From positions 1 to 27,482 of the forward strand of contig CAZANT010000001.1 of assembly GCA_964486575.1 (NCBI GenBank): a stretch of 27,482 nucleotides of DNA, read 5' to 3'. The translations under genes and the position numbers were made by a program. The stretch's first letter is position 1. Each line of letters begins with the position of its first letter. The stretch is from an uncultured Burkholderiaceae bacterium (GTDB lineage Bacteria > Pseudomonadota > Gammaproteobacteria > Burkholderiales > Burkholderiaceae_C). Under the pieces are notes generated by a model, which was not told where the DNA came from, did not search any database, and saw only the letters and a program-made list of their open reading frames with translations. Shown here piece by piece: positions 8,711 through 16,349 of this stretch.

Positions 8711-9868
8711 ATGGCCAAAGTCATCACCCAGATCGAAGACCTGCGCGTCCTGGCGCAGCAACGCGTGCCGCGCATGTTTTACGACTACGCCGATTCCGGC
8801 TCGTGGACGGAAAGTACCTACCGGGCCAACGAAAGTGATTTCGCCAGGATCCTGCTGCGCCAGCGCGTGGCGGTGAACATGGTGGGCCGAAGCACGGCCA
8901 CCCAAATGGTCGGCCAAGACGTGGCCATGCCAGTGGCGATTGCACCGACGGGTCTCACCGGCATGCAGCACGCCGACGGCGAAATGCTGGGCGCGTTGGC
9001 GGCCAAGAAGTTCGGCATTCCGTTCACGCTTTCGACCATGAGCATCTGCTCGATCGAAGACGTCTCGCGCGCGACCGGCGGCCACCCGTTCTGGTTCCAG
9101 CTCTACGTGATGAAGGACCGCGGCTTCATCGAGCGGCTGATCGACCGTGCCAAGGCCGCGAACTGCTCGGCCTTGGTGCTAACGCTGGATCTGCAGATCC
9201 TTGGCCAACGCCACAAGGATCTGAAGAATGGCCTCAGCGCCCCGCCCAAACTCACGCTGGCCAATATCCTGAACCTGATGACCAAGCCGCGATGGTGCCT
9301 TGGCATGGCGGGTACGCCACGACGCCAGTTCGGCAACATCGTGGGTCACGTGAGCGGGGTGGACAACATGGGCTCCTTGAGCGAATGGACCGCCAAGCAA
9401 TTCGATCCAGCGCTGAACTGGGGCGACGTGGAATGGATCAAGAAGCGCTGGGGCGGCAAGCTGATCCTGAAAGGTATCCAGGACGTTGAGGACGCCCGCA
9501 TCGCCGCCAACAGCGGCGCAGACGCGCTCATCGTCTCCAACCACGGGGGCCGGCAACTGGACGGCGCACCGTCGTCCATCAGCGCTTTGCCAGAAATCGT
9601 TGATGCGGTTGGCAGCAAGATTGAAGTGCACATGGACGGCGGCATCCGCAGCGGGCAAGACGTGTTGAAAGCCGTGGCTCTTGGCGCCAAGGGCACTTAC
9701 ATTGGCCGGGCCTTCCTCTATGGCCTGGGCGCGATGGGCGAGGCCGGCGTGACCAAGGCGCTGGAAATCATCCACAAAGAGCTGGATTTGACGATGGCGT
9801 TTTGCGGTCGTACCCAGATCCATCAGGTGGACAAAACCATTTTGCAGCCCGGCACCTACCCGGTGTGA
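8711..9868 (+). CDS. lldD: FMN-dependent alpha-hydroxy-acid dehydrogenase/oxidase (L-lactate dehydrogenase-like; 385 aa)
   Basis: Motifs YDYADSGS, FWFQLY, LTLDLQILGQR, KLILKGI, SNHGGRQLD and DGGIRSGQD. Start taken at MAKVITQIEDLR (ATG 8711). The substrate cannot be determined from sequence. Confidence 0.88.
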   Translation: MAKVITQIEDLRVLAQQRVPRMFYDYADSGSWTESTYRANESDFARILLRQRVAVNMVGRSTATQMVGQDVAMPVAIAPTGLTGMQHADGEMLGALAAKKFGIPFTLSTMSICSIEDVSRATGGHPFWFQLYVMKDRGFIERLIDRAKAANCSALVLTLDLQILGQRHKDLKNGLSAPPKLTLANILNLMTKPRWCLGMAGTPRRQFGNIVGHVSGVDNMGSLSEWTAKQFDPALNWGDVEWIKKRWGGKLILKGIQDVEDARIAANSGADALIVSNHGGRQLDGAPSSISALPEIVDAVGSKIEVHMDGGIRSGQDVLKAVALGAKGTYIGRAFLYGLGAMGEAGVTKALEIIHKELDLTMAFCGRTQIHQVDKTILQPGTYPV

Positions 9869-9903
9869 TCCAGGCAGCCACCGCACTGCGATAGGCTTGT
9901 GGC

Positions 9904-11133
9904 GTGACCGCCACCGACACCTTGCCCACACTGCCGCGCCGCATTGCCCACCTCGACATGGACGCGTTCTACGCATCGGTCGAGTTGCTGCGCTACCCCC
10001 AGCTCAAGGGCTTGCCGGTGGTCATTGGCGGCAGTCGGCGTCGGTTGGACGACGCACTGCTGACCCGCTTTGCTGACACACCGCTGGACCGTATTCCGGT
10101 GGACGCCTTCCCCCTGCTGAAAAACTACACGGGCCGCGGCGTGATCACCACCGCCACCTACCCCGCACGGACTTTTGGCATCGGGTCGGCCATGGGGCTG
10201 ATGAAGGCCGCCAAACTTTGCCCACAGGCGGTTTTGCTGCCGGTGGACTTTGACGAGTACCGCAAGTTTTCGCGCGCTTTTAAGGACGTCGTCACCGAGA
10301 TTGCGCCGCTGATGGAAGACCGGGGGGTGGATGAGGTCTACATTGACTTCACCGCCGTGCCGGGCGGACAGCGTGAAGGCGGCAGGGTCCTGGCGCGGCT
10401 CATCCAGAGAAGCATTCTGGAAGCCACCGGGCTCACCTGCTCCATTGGTGTAGCGCCCAACAAGCTGCTGGCCAAGATGGCCAGCGAGTTCAACAAGCCC
10501 CAGGGCATCTCCATTGTGGTGGCCGACGATCTGGCCACCAAAATCTGGCCCCTGCCCTGCAGAAAAATCAATGGCATCGGCCCCAAGGCCGAAGCGAAGC
10601 TCAAGGCGTTCGGCCTGACCACGATTGGCGACATCGCCCATCGCGAACGGCCCTGGCTGGTAGAGCACTTCGGCAAGAGCTACGGTGCTTGGCTGTTCGA
10701 CGCCGCCTGGGGTCGCGACGACCGGCCGGTGGTGACCGAGAGTGAGCCGGTATCGATGAGCCGCGAGACCACCTTTGAACGTGACCTGCATGCGGTGCGC
10801 GACCGCGCCGAGCTGGGCAGCATCCTCACCGCGCTGTGCGACAAGCTCGCGGCCGACCTGCAGCGCAAAGGCTACGTGGGAAGAACCGTGGGCATCAAGC
10901 TGCGTTATGGCAACTTCAAGAGCGTGACCCGCGACCAGACCATGGCCAGCCACAGCGCCGACGCGGCCACCCTGCGGCGGGTGGCCGGCCTGTGCTTGAA
11001 ACGGGTGGACCTCGGGCCGCCGTTGCGGCTGCTGGGGGTGCGGGTCGGCTCACTTGCGCGTCCTGGAGACGGGGACACCAACGCGCCCTCGGTGGCCCAG
11101 CCCAGTGAACCCAGTTTGTTCGATGGCGCCTGA
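9904..11133 (+). CDS. dinB: Y-family DNA polymerase IV
   Basis: Catalytic motifs HLDMDAFYASVE and GVDEVYID, plus SIGVAPNKLLAKMAS, GIGPK and the little-finger motif SRETTF. Confidence 0.95.
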   Translation: MTATDTLPTLPRRIAHLDMDAFYASVELLRYPQLKGLPVVIGGSRRRLDDALLTRFADTPLDRIPVDAFPLLKNYTGRGVITTATYPARTFGIGSAMGLMKAAKLCPQAVLLPVDFDEYRKFSRAFKDVVTEIAPLMEDRGVDEVYIDFTAVPGGQREGGRVLARLIQRSILEATGLTCSIGVAPNKLLAKMASEFNKPQGISIVVADDLATKIWPLPCRKINGIGPKAEAKLKAFGLTTIGDIAHRERPWLVEHFGKSYGAWLFDAAWGRDDRPVVTESEPVSMSRETTFERDLHAVRDRAELGSILTALCDKLAADLQRKGYVGRTVGIKLRYGNFKSVTRDQTMASHSADAATLRRVAGLCLKRVDLGPPLRLLGVRVGSLARPGDGDTNAPSVAQPSEPSLFDGA

Positions 11134-11151
11134 ACTGCACACCTGCCCATG

Positions 11152-11177
11152 AAAAAAGCGTGCCGAGGCACGCTTTT
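11152..11177. terminator. Bidirectional rho-independent terminator between dinB and the DUF4331 operon
   Basis: AAAAAAGCGTGCC-GA-GGCACGCTTTT: GC-rich hairpin with T6 on the minus strand and T4 on the plus strand, between convergent stops at 11133 and 11198. Confidence 0.88.
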
Positions 11178-11197
11178 GGGGGAAAGCACAGGGGCAA

Positions 11198-11455
11198 TTA
11201 CAGCGGTGCCGGCTCGTCGGTCTCGCTGGTGGCCAACTGGGCATCGCCCAAGGCGATGGGCTCGCCGTTTTCATTGGTACCGCCGGCCAGGTTGGCGGTG
11301 AACGAGAAAGCCTGGCGACTGTCCTGCGTCGCGCCTTGGCTGACGTCAGAGCCAGGGAAGCTGGACTCGCCACCGCCGCCGCCGCAGGCGGCCACGGTGA
11401 GGGTCAAAGCCGCGGCCAAGGCGGTCAGTGCGGTGGTTTTCTGGGTGGGTGTCAT
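11198..11455 (-). CDS. Small lipoprotein of unknown function (about 85 aa; an alternative ATG lies 9 nt upstream)
   Basis: Signal peptide with lipobox TVAA-C followed by GGGGG and an acidic mature part. It starts about 10 nt after the DUF4331 stop and is followed by the terminator. Confidence 0.75.
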   Translation of the reverse strand: MTPTQKTTALTALAAALTLTVAACGGGGGESSFPGSDVSQGATQDSRQAFSFTANLAGGTNENGEPIALGDAQLATSETDEPAPL

Positions 11456-11465
11456 GGCAGTCATC

Positions 11466-13022
11466 TCAGTTCGCAGGGAAGTTGCGGGCACCTGGCAATG
11501 GCGTGTTCAGGTAGGGGAACACGGTTTTGAAGTCGGTGGCCGAAGCACGAACACCATCAACAAACGCCACCCCACCAGCGGGGGCGTCGCTGGCACGGCA
11601 ACCGACGGCGGTGTTCACGCCGTCAATCGTGCACAGCGCGCCCATTGCCACACGCAAGGACAAGTCCACCACGTCGTCACCCAAACGGCGGCCGTTCGGG
11701 AAGCCGGCGTTGTCACCAGCCACCACGCCCAAAGCGTTCTGAGAGGCGGCAGGTGTCGGCGGTGTCGAGGTGTTGAGACGCAACATTTCGGTCAGTGGGC
11801 CACCCTGGCCGATGGCGGTGATGTTGGCCGGGCGGTTCACGCCGGGCAAGCCGGTCAAAAACACGGTCAACAAATCCGTACGCGGGAAGTTGGTGGGTGC
11901 CACTGCAGTCGGAAACAGCGCCTGAATCAGGGCGGGCAGCGTGGGGTTGGTCACGTAGTCCGCAAAGTTGCTGGCGTCGTTCAGGGGCTTGGAGCCGTTG
12001 AACTTGTCCTTGTCACGCAGGCCGATCACCACCTCGTTCACCAAAGGGTGCCCGAGTCGGGACACCTGGGTCCACGCACCGCCCACGCGTTCGCTGGCTT
12101 GCAGGCCGGACGGTGTGGCGCCGTTGAGCAAACGTGCCTGACGCAGGCTGGCAGTGGTCCAGCCGCCAATGACCGGGTCGTTGCCAGCGGTCAAACAGCT
12201 GCGCGGCACTTCCAATGCCAGCGAAGTCACGTTTTTGTCTTCGAGTTCACCGAACTTGCCCAGCGCCGCCGCGTTGGCTTCGCTGGTGATGACGGCCGCC
12301 GGCGCGTTCACCAAGTCAAAAATGGTGCCGAGATTGACCGAGAAAGCTTCCTTGCGTTGGCCCACAAACACCTTGGCCGGTGCCGAGCACCCCGGGATGT
12401 TGACGGTATGGATGAAGTTGTTAGCGTACGCGTCGTAGGCGGCGGAGTTGCCGAAGGTCTTTTCACCGATGTAATCAATGGGCTTGGCGAAGGTCGCGCT
12501 GCCGCCGTTGGCGTTGGTCACGGTAGCGCGGGTGCCGGCGCGGCGGTCACCACGGACCACGGTCACGGTGTAGCTCTCGTTGTAGCTCAGGTTGGCGCCC
12601 TGTGCGTTGACGGCGCCCGCCTGGCGCAGCGGAATGGCAACTGTTTTTTGGTTTGCACCGGTACCGATCGGCAAGGCAATGCCGGCACCGTTGTTGGCCA
12701 AGGTGTTGCTGAAGCGGAACTGGAAGGTGAGGTCTTCCCGGCCGTCGCCGTTGTTGTCCACATGGATTTCGTACAACGCGTTCGGATCCAGCGAGAAGTA
12801 ATTAGGGCCCCCGTACGGATCCTGCAGCGGCAGGTAGTTGGCAATCAGCGTGACCATACCGGTGCGGTTGGGCTCGTAGCTGTTGAACATGTAGAAGTCG
12901 GTGCCGTCAGCCTTGGGGGCGGTCGTGATGAACGGCGCCTCGCGGTGGCTGGACGCAATTGCGGCGCCGGTGACTGCCATTAGCAGACAGGCTTTCGCCA
13001 GCTGTTTAAGTTTGAACGCCAT
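11466..13022 (-). CDS. DUF4331-family exported protein (518 aa)
   Basis: Signal peptide, then the characteristic SSHREAP; also DFYMFNSYE, VFVGQRKEAF, QVSRLGHPLVNE and GFPNGRRLGDDVVD. CAGGAG RBS upstream. Confidence 0.88.
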   Translation of the reverse strand: MAFKLKQLAKACLLMAVTGAAIASSHREAPFITTAPKADGTDFYMFNSYEPNRTGMVTLIANYLPLQDPYGGPNYFSLDPNALYEIHVDNNGDGREDLTFQFRFSNTLANNGAGIALPIGTGANQKTVAIPLRQAGAVNAQGANLSYNESYTVTVVRGDRRAGTRATVTNANGGSATFAKPIDYIGEKTFGNSAAYDAYANNFIHTVNIPGCSAPAKVFVGQRKEAFSVNLGTIFDLVNAPAAVITSEANAAALGKFGELEDKNVTSLALEVPRSCLTAGNDPVIGGWTTASLRQARLLNGATPSGLQASERVGGAWTQVSRLGHPLVNEVVIGLRDKDKFNGSKPLNDASNFADYVTNPTLPALIQALFPTAVAPTNFPRTDLLTVFLTGLPGVNRPANITAIGQGGPLTEMLRLNTSTPPTPAASQNALGVVAGDNAGFPNGRRLGDDVVDLSLRVAMGALCTIDGVNTAVGCRASDAPAGGVAFVDGVRASATDFKTVFPYLNTPLPGARNFPAN

Positions 13023-13065
13023 GGAGTGCTCCTGAATATGGTTGTACGTGAAATGACTAACAACC

Positions 13066-13091
13066 TACGCAGTATGGGTGGCAGCAGATGC
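13066..13091 (-). promoter_or_regulatory. Putative ECF sigma promoter for DUF4331 (GCATCT-N16-CGTA)
   Basis: The minus strand reads GCATCT gctgccacccatactg CGTA, ending 43 nt before the ATG. It has the same architecture as the opposite-strand element. Confidence 0.6.
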
Positions 13092-13137
13092 CAAATGACC
13101 AATACCCCTTCACCCACATAACGCGCCAAGCTGACTT

Positions 13138-13163
13138 GCATCCACATCCGGATACGCTGCGTA
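13138..13163 (+). promoter_or_regulatory. Putative ECF sigma promoter for the TonB receptor (GCATCC-N16-CGTA)
   Basis: GCATCC acatccggatacgctg CGTA, ending 42 nt before ATG 13206. It resembles my recollection of the TGATCC/CATCC-N15/16-CGTA consensus of RpoE-ChrR and SigK-like ECFs. Confidence 0.6.
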
Positions 13164-13205
13164 CACCGAGGGTAAGATGTCTTTAGCATTCTTCATAAGG
13201 CTCCC

Positions 13206-13741
13206 ATGACGCGACGCACCCTGCTGCCCCTGTCCCACCAAACCCATCGGAGCTGGGCACCCGCAGTGGCTGCTTTGTGGGCCATCTGCCCGCCCCATGC
13301 GCTGGGGCAAGAAGGCGGCACCTTGGCGCCTGTGGTGGTGCAAACCTCGCGTACCAGCCAGTTGGGCGAGGCCAGCACCGCCAACAGCGGCGTGGTGACA
13401 CAAGAACAACTCGACGCGCGTACCGTCTACCGGCCAGGCGAGTTACTGGAGGCGGTGCCGGGTCTCATCGTGACCCAGCACAGCGGCGAGGGCAAAGCCA
13501 ATCAGTTTTTCTTGCGCGGCTTCAACCTCGACCACGGCACCGATCTGCGCACCACCGTAGACGGCATGCCGGTCAACCAGCGCAGCCACGGCCACGGGCA
13601 GGGCTACACCGACCTGAACTTTCTGATCCCTGAACTGGCCGACCTGCTGGACTACCGCAAAGGCCCGTTCTACGCCGCCGAGGGCGACTTCGCCTCGGCC
13701 GGTGCGGTCAACATCCGATACGCCGACACCCTGAAGCAAGG
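13206..13741 (+). CDS. TonB-dependent receptor, N-terminal fragment (signal peptide, TonB box, plug), truncated at the palindrome axis
   Basis: TonB-box-like TLAPVVVQTS; plug motifs ELLEAVPGL, QHSGEGKANQFFLRGFNLDHGTD, VDGMPVN and KGPFYAAEGDF. Only about 178 codons precede the fold. The stop at 13775 comes from read-through into the mirrored arm, and no beta-barrel is present. Confidence 0.88.
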
Positions 13742-14277
13742 CCTTGCTTCAGGGTGTCGGCGTATCGGATGTTGACCGCACCGGCCGAGGCGAAGTCGCC
13801 CTCGGCGGCGTAGAACGGGCCTTTGCGGTAGTCCAGCAGGTCGGCCAGTTCAGGGATCAGAAAGTTCAGGTCGGTGTAGCCCTGCCCGTGGCCGTGGCTG
13901 CGCTGGTTGACCGGCATGCCGTCTACGGTGGTGCGCAGATCGGTGCCGTGGTCGAGGTTGAAGCCGCGCAAGAAAAACTGATTGGCTTTGCCCTCGCCGC
14001 TGTGCTGGGTCACGATGAGACCCGGCACCGCCTCCAGTAACTCGCCTGGCCGGTAGACGGTACGCGCGTCGAGTTGTTCTTGTGTCACCACGCCGCTGTT
14101 GGCGGTGCTGGCCTCGCCCAACTGGCTGGTACGCGAGGTTTGCACCACCACAGGCGCCAAGGTGCCGCCTTCTTGCCCCAGCGCATGGGGCGGGCAGATG
14201 GCCCACAAAGCAGCCACTGCGGGTGCCCAGCTCCGATGGGTTTGGTGGGACAGGGGCAGCAGGGTGCGTCGCGTCAT
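13742..14277 (-). CDS. Mirror copy: TonB-dependent receptor N-terminal fragment
   Basis: Reverse complement of 13206..13741. Confidence 0.85.
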
Positions 14278-14319
14278 GGGAGCCTTATGAAGAATGCTAA
14301 AGACATCTTACCCTCGGTG

Positions 14320-14345
14320 TACGCAGCGTATCCGGATGTGGATGC
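14320..14345 (-). promoter_or_regulatory. Mirror copy: putative ECF promoter for the TonB receptor
   Basis: Reverse complement of 13138..13163. Confidence 0.55.
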
Positions 14346-14391
14346 AAGTCAGCTTGGCGCGTTATGTGGGTGAAGGGGTATTGGTCATTTG

Positions 14392-14417
14392 GCATCTGCT
14401 GCCACCCATACTGCGTA
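14392..14417 (+). promoter_or_regulatory. Mirror copy: putative ECF promoter for DUF4331
   Basis: Reverse complement of 13066..13091. Confidence 0.55.
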
Positions 14418-14460
14418 GGTTGTTAGTCATTTCACGTACAACCATATTCAGGAGCACTCC

Positions 14461-16017
14461 ATGGCGTTCAAACTTAAACAGCTGGCGAAAGCCTGTCTGC
14501 TAATGGCAGTCACCGGCGCCGCAATTGCGTCCAGCCACCGCGAGGCGCCGTTCATCACGACCGCCCCCAAGGCTGACGGCACCGACTTCTACATGTTCAA
14601 CAGCTACGAGCCCAACCGCACCGGTATGGTCACGCTGATTGCCAACTACCTGCCGCTGCAGGATCCGTACGGGGGCCCTAATTACTTCTCGCTGGATCCG
14701 AACGCGTTGTACGAAATCCATGTGGACAACAACGGCGACGGCCGGGAAGACCTCACCTTCCAGTTCCGCTTCAGCAACACCTTGGCCAACAACGGTGCCG
14801 GCATTGCCTTGCCGATCGGTACCGGTGCAAACCAAAAAACAGTTGCCATTCCGCTGCGCCAGGCGGGCGCCGTCAACGCACAGGGCGCCAACCTGAGCTA
14901 CAACGAGAGCTACACCGTGACCGTGGTCCGTGGTGACCGCCGCGCCGGCACCCGCGCTACCGTGACCAACGCCAACGGCGGCAGCGCGACCTTCGCCAAG
15001 CCCATTGATTACATCGGTGAAAAGACCTTCGGCAACTCCGCCGCCTACGACGCGTACGCTAACAACTTCATCCATACCGTCAACATCCCGGGGTGCTCGG
15101 CACCGGCCAAGGTGTTTGTGGGCCAACGCAAGGAAGCTTTCTCGGTCAATCTCGGCACCATTTTTGACTTGGTGAACGCGCCGGCGGCCGTCATCACCAG
15201 CGAAGCCAACGCGGCGGCGCTGGGCAAGTTCGGTGAACTCGAAGACAAAAACGTGACTTCGCTGGCATTGGAAGTGCCGCGCAGCTGTTTGACCGCTGGC
15301 AACGACCCGGTCATTGGCGGCTGGACCACTGCCAGCCTGCGTCAGGCACGTTTGCTCAACGGCGCCACACCGTCCGGCCTGCAAGCCAGCGAACGCGTGG
15401 GCGGTGCGTGGACCCAGGTGTCCCGACTCGGGCACCCTTTGGTGAACGAGGTGGTGATCGGCCTGCGTGACAAGGACAAGTTCAACGGCTCCAAGCCCCT
15501 GAACGACGCCAGCAACTTTGCGGACTACGTGACCAACCCCACGCTGCCCGCCCTGATTCAGGCGCTGTTTCCGACTGCAGTGGCACCCACCAACTTCCCG
15601 CGTACGGATTTGTTGACCGTGTTTTTGACCGGCTTGCCCGGCGTGAACCGCCCGGCCAACATCACCGCCATCGGCCAGGGTGGCCCACTGACCGAAATGT
15701 TGCGTCTCAACACCTCGACACCGCCGACACCTGCCGCCTCTCAGAACGCTTTGGGCGTGGTGGCTGGTGACAACGCCGGCTTCCCGAACGGCCGCCGTTT
15801 GGGTGACGACGTGGTGGACTTGTCCTTGCGTGTGGCAATGGGCGCGCTGTGCACGATTGACGGCGTGAACACCGCCGTCGGTTGCCGTGCCAGCGACGCC
15901 CCCGCTGGTGGGGTGGCGTTTGTTGATGGTGTTCGTGCTTCGGCCACCGACTTCAAAACCGTGTTCCCCTACCTGAACACGCCATTGCCAGGTGCCCGCA
16001 ACTTCCCTGCGAACTGA
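14461..16017 (+). CDS. Mirror copy: DUF4331-family protein
   Basis: Identical translation to 11466..13022. Confidence 0.88.
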   Translation: MAFKLKQLAKACLLMAVTGAAIASSHREAPFITTAPKADGTDFYMFNSYEPNRTGMVTLIANYLPLQDPYGGPNYFSLDPNALYEIHVDNNGDGREDLTFQFRFSNTLANNGAGIALPIGTGANQKTVAIPLRQAGAVNAQGANLSYNESYTVTVVRGDRRAGTRATVTNANGGSATFAKPIDYIGEKTFGNSAAYDAYANNFIHTVNIPGCSAPAKVFVGQRKEAFSVNLGTIFDLVNAPAAVITSEANAAALGKFGELEDKNVTSLALEVPRSCLTAGNDPVIGGWTTASLRQARLLNGATPSGLQASERVGGAWTQVSRLGHPLVNEVVIGLRDKDKFNGSKPLNDASNFADYVTNPTLPALIQALFPTAVAPTNFPRTDLLTVFLTGLPGVNRPANITAIGQGGPLTEMLRLNTSTPPTPAASQNALGVVAGDNAGFPNGRRLGDDVVDLSLRVAMGALCTIDGVNTAVGCRASDAPAGGVAFVDGVRASATDFKTVFPYLNTPLPGARNFPAN

Positions 16018-16027
16018 GATGACTGCC

Positions 16028-16285
16028 ATGACACCCACCCAGAAAACCACCGCACTGACCGCCTTGGCCGCGGCTTTGACCCTCACCGTGGCCGCCTGCG
16101 GCGGCGGCGGTGGCGAGTCCAGCTTCCCTGGCTCTGACGTCAGCCAAGGCGCGACGCAGGACAGTCGCCAGGCTTTCTCGTTCACCGCCAACCTGGCCGG
16201 CGGTACCAATGAAAACGGCGAGCCCATCGCCTTGGGCGATGCCCAGTTGGCCACCAGCGAGACCGACGAGCCGGCACCGCTGTAA
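16028..16285 (+). CDS. Mirror copy: small lipoprotein
   Basis: Identical to 11198..11455. Confidence 0.75.
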   Translation: MTPTQKTTALTALAAALTLTVAACGGGGGESSFPGSDVSQGATQDSRQAFSFTANLAGGTNENGEPIALGDAQLATSETDEPAPL

Positions 16286-16305
16286 TTGCCCCTGTGCTTT
16301 CCCCC

Positions 16306-16331
16306 AAAAGCGTGCCTCGGCACGCTTTTTT
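16306..16331. terminator. Mirror copy: bidirectional terminator
   Basis: AAAAGCGTGCC-TC-GGCACGCTTTTTT. Confidence 0.85.
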
Positions 16332-16349
16332 CATGGGCAGGTGTGCAGT

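Noticed and set aside
7708-8775. Extended N-termini in the ORF track (barrel from 8775, lldD from 8669, GT-C from 6301, GT2 from 5043)
   Set aside because: They create long overlaps. Downstream starts have better RBS, signal-peptide or stop-start coupling support.
3809-10953. Other long alternative-frame ORFs (3809..4624, 5040..6137, 9179..9976, 9856..10953)
   Set aside because: They overlap motif-bearing genes and lack RBS or domain evidence.
11160-12983. 607-aa plus-strand ORF (and mirror 14500..16323)
   Set aside because: Antisense shadow of DUF4331 and the lipoprotein. It starts inside the terminator and has no recognisable motifs.
13206-13230. MTRRTLL as a Tat signal on the TonB receptor
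   Set aside because: Outer-membrane barrels are normally Sec-exported, and the following region is a poor Tat h-region. Likely coincidental.
1-13741. CRISPR arrays, tRNA/rRNA genes, IS elements, integrases, defence genes
   Set aside because: No regularly spaced repeats, RNA-gene signatures or transposase/recombinase motifs were seen.
13206-13775. 189-aa ORF as a complete plug-only protein with a Cys-containing tail (GCRRIGC)
   Set aside because: The tail and stop are produced by reading into the mirrored arm.
13700-13783. Axis as a protelomerase/telomere-resolvase (telRL-like) site of a linear plasmid or phage
   Set aside because: The axis is inside coding sequence and GC-balanced, and the window has no protelomerase, replication, partition or phage genes.
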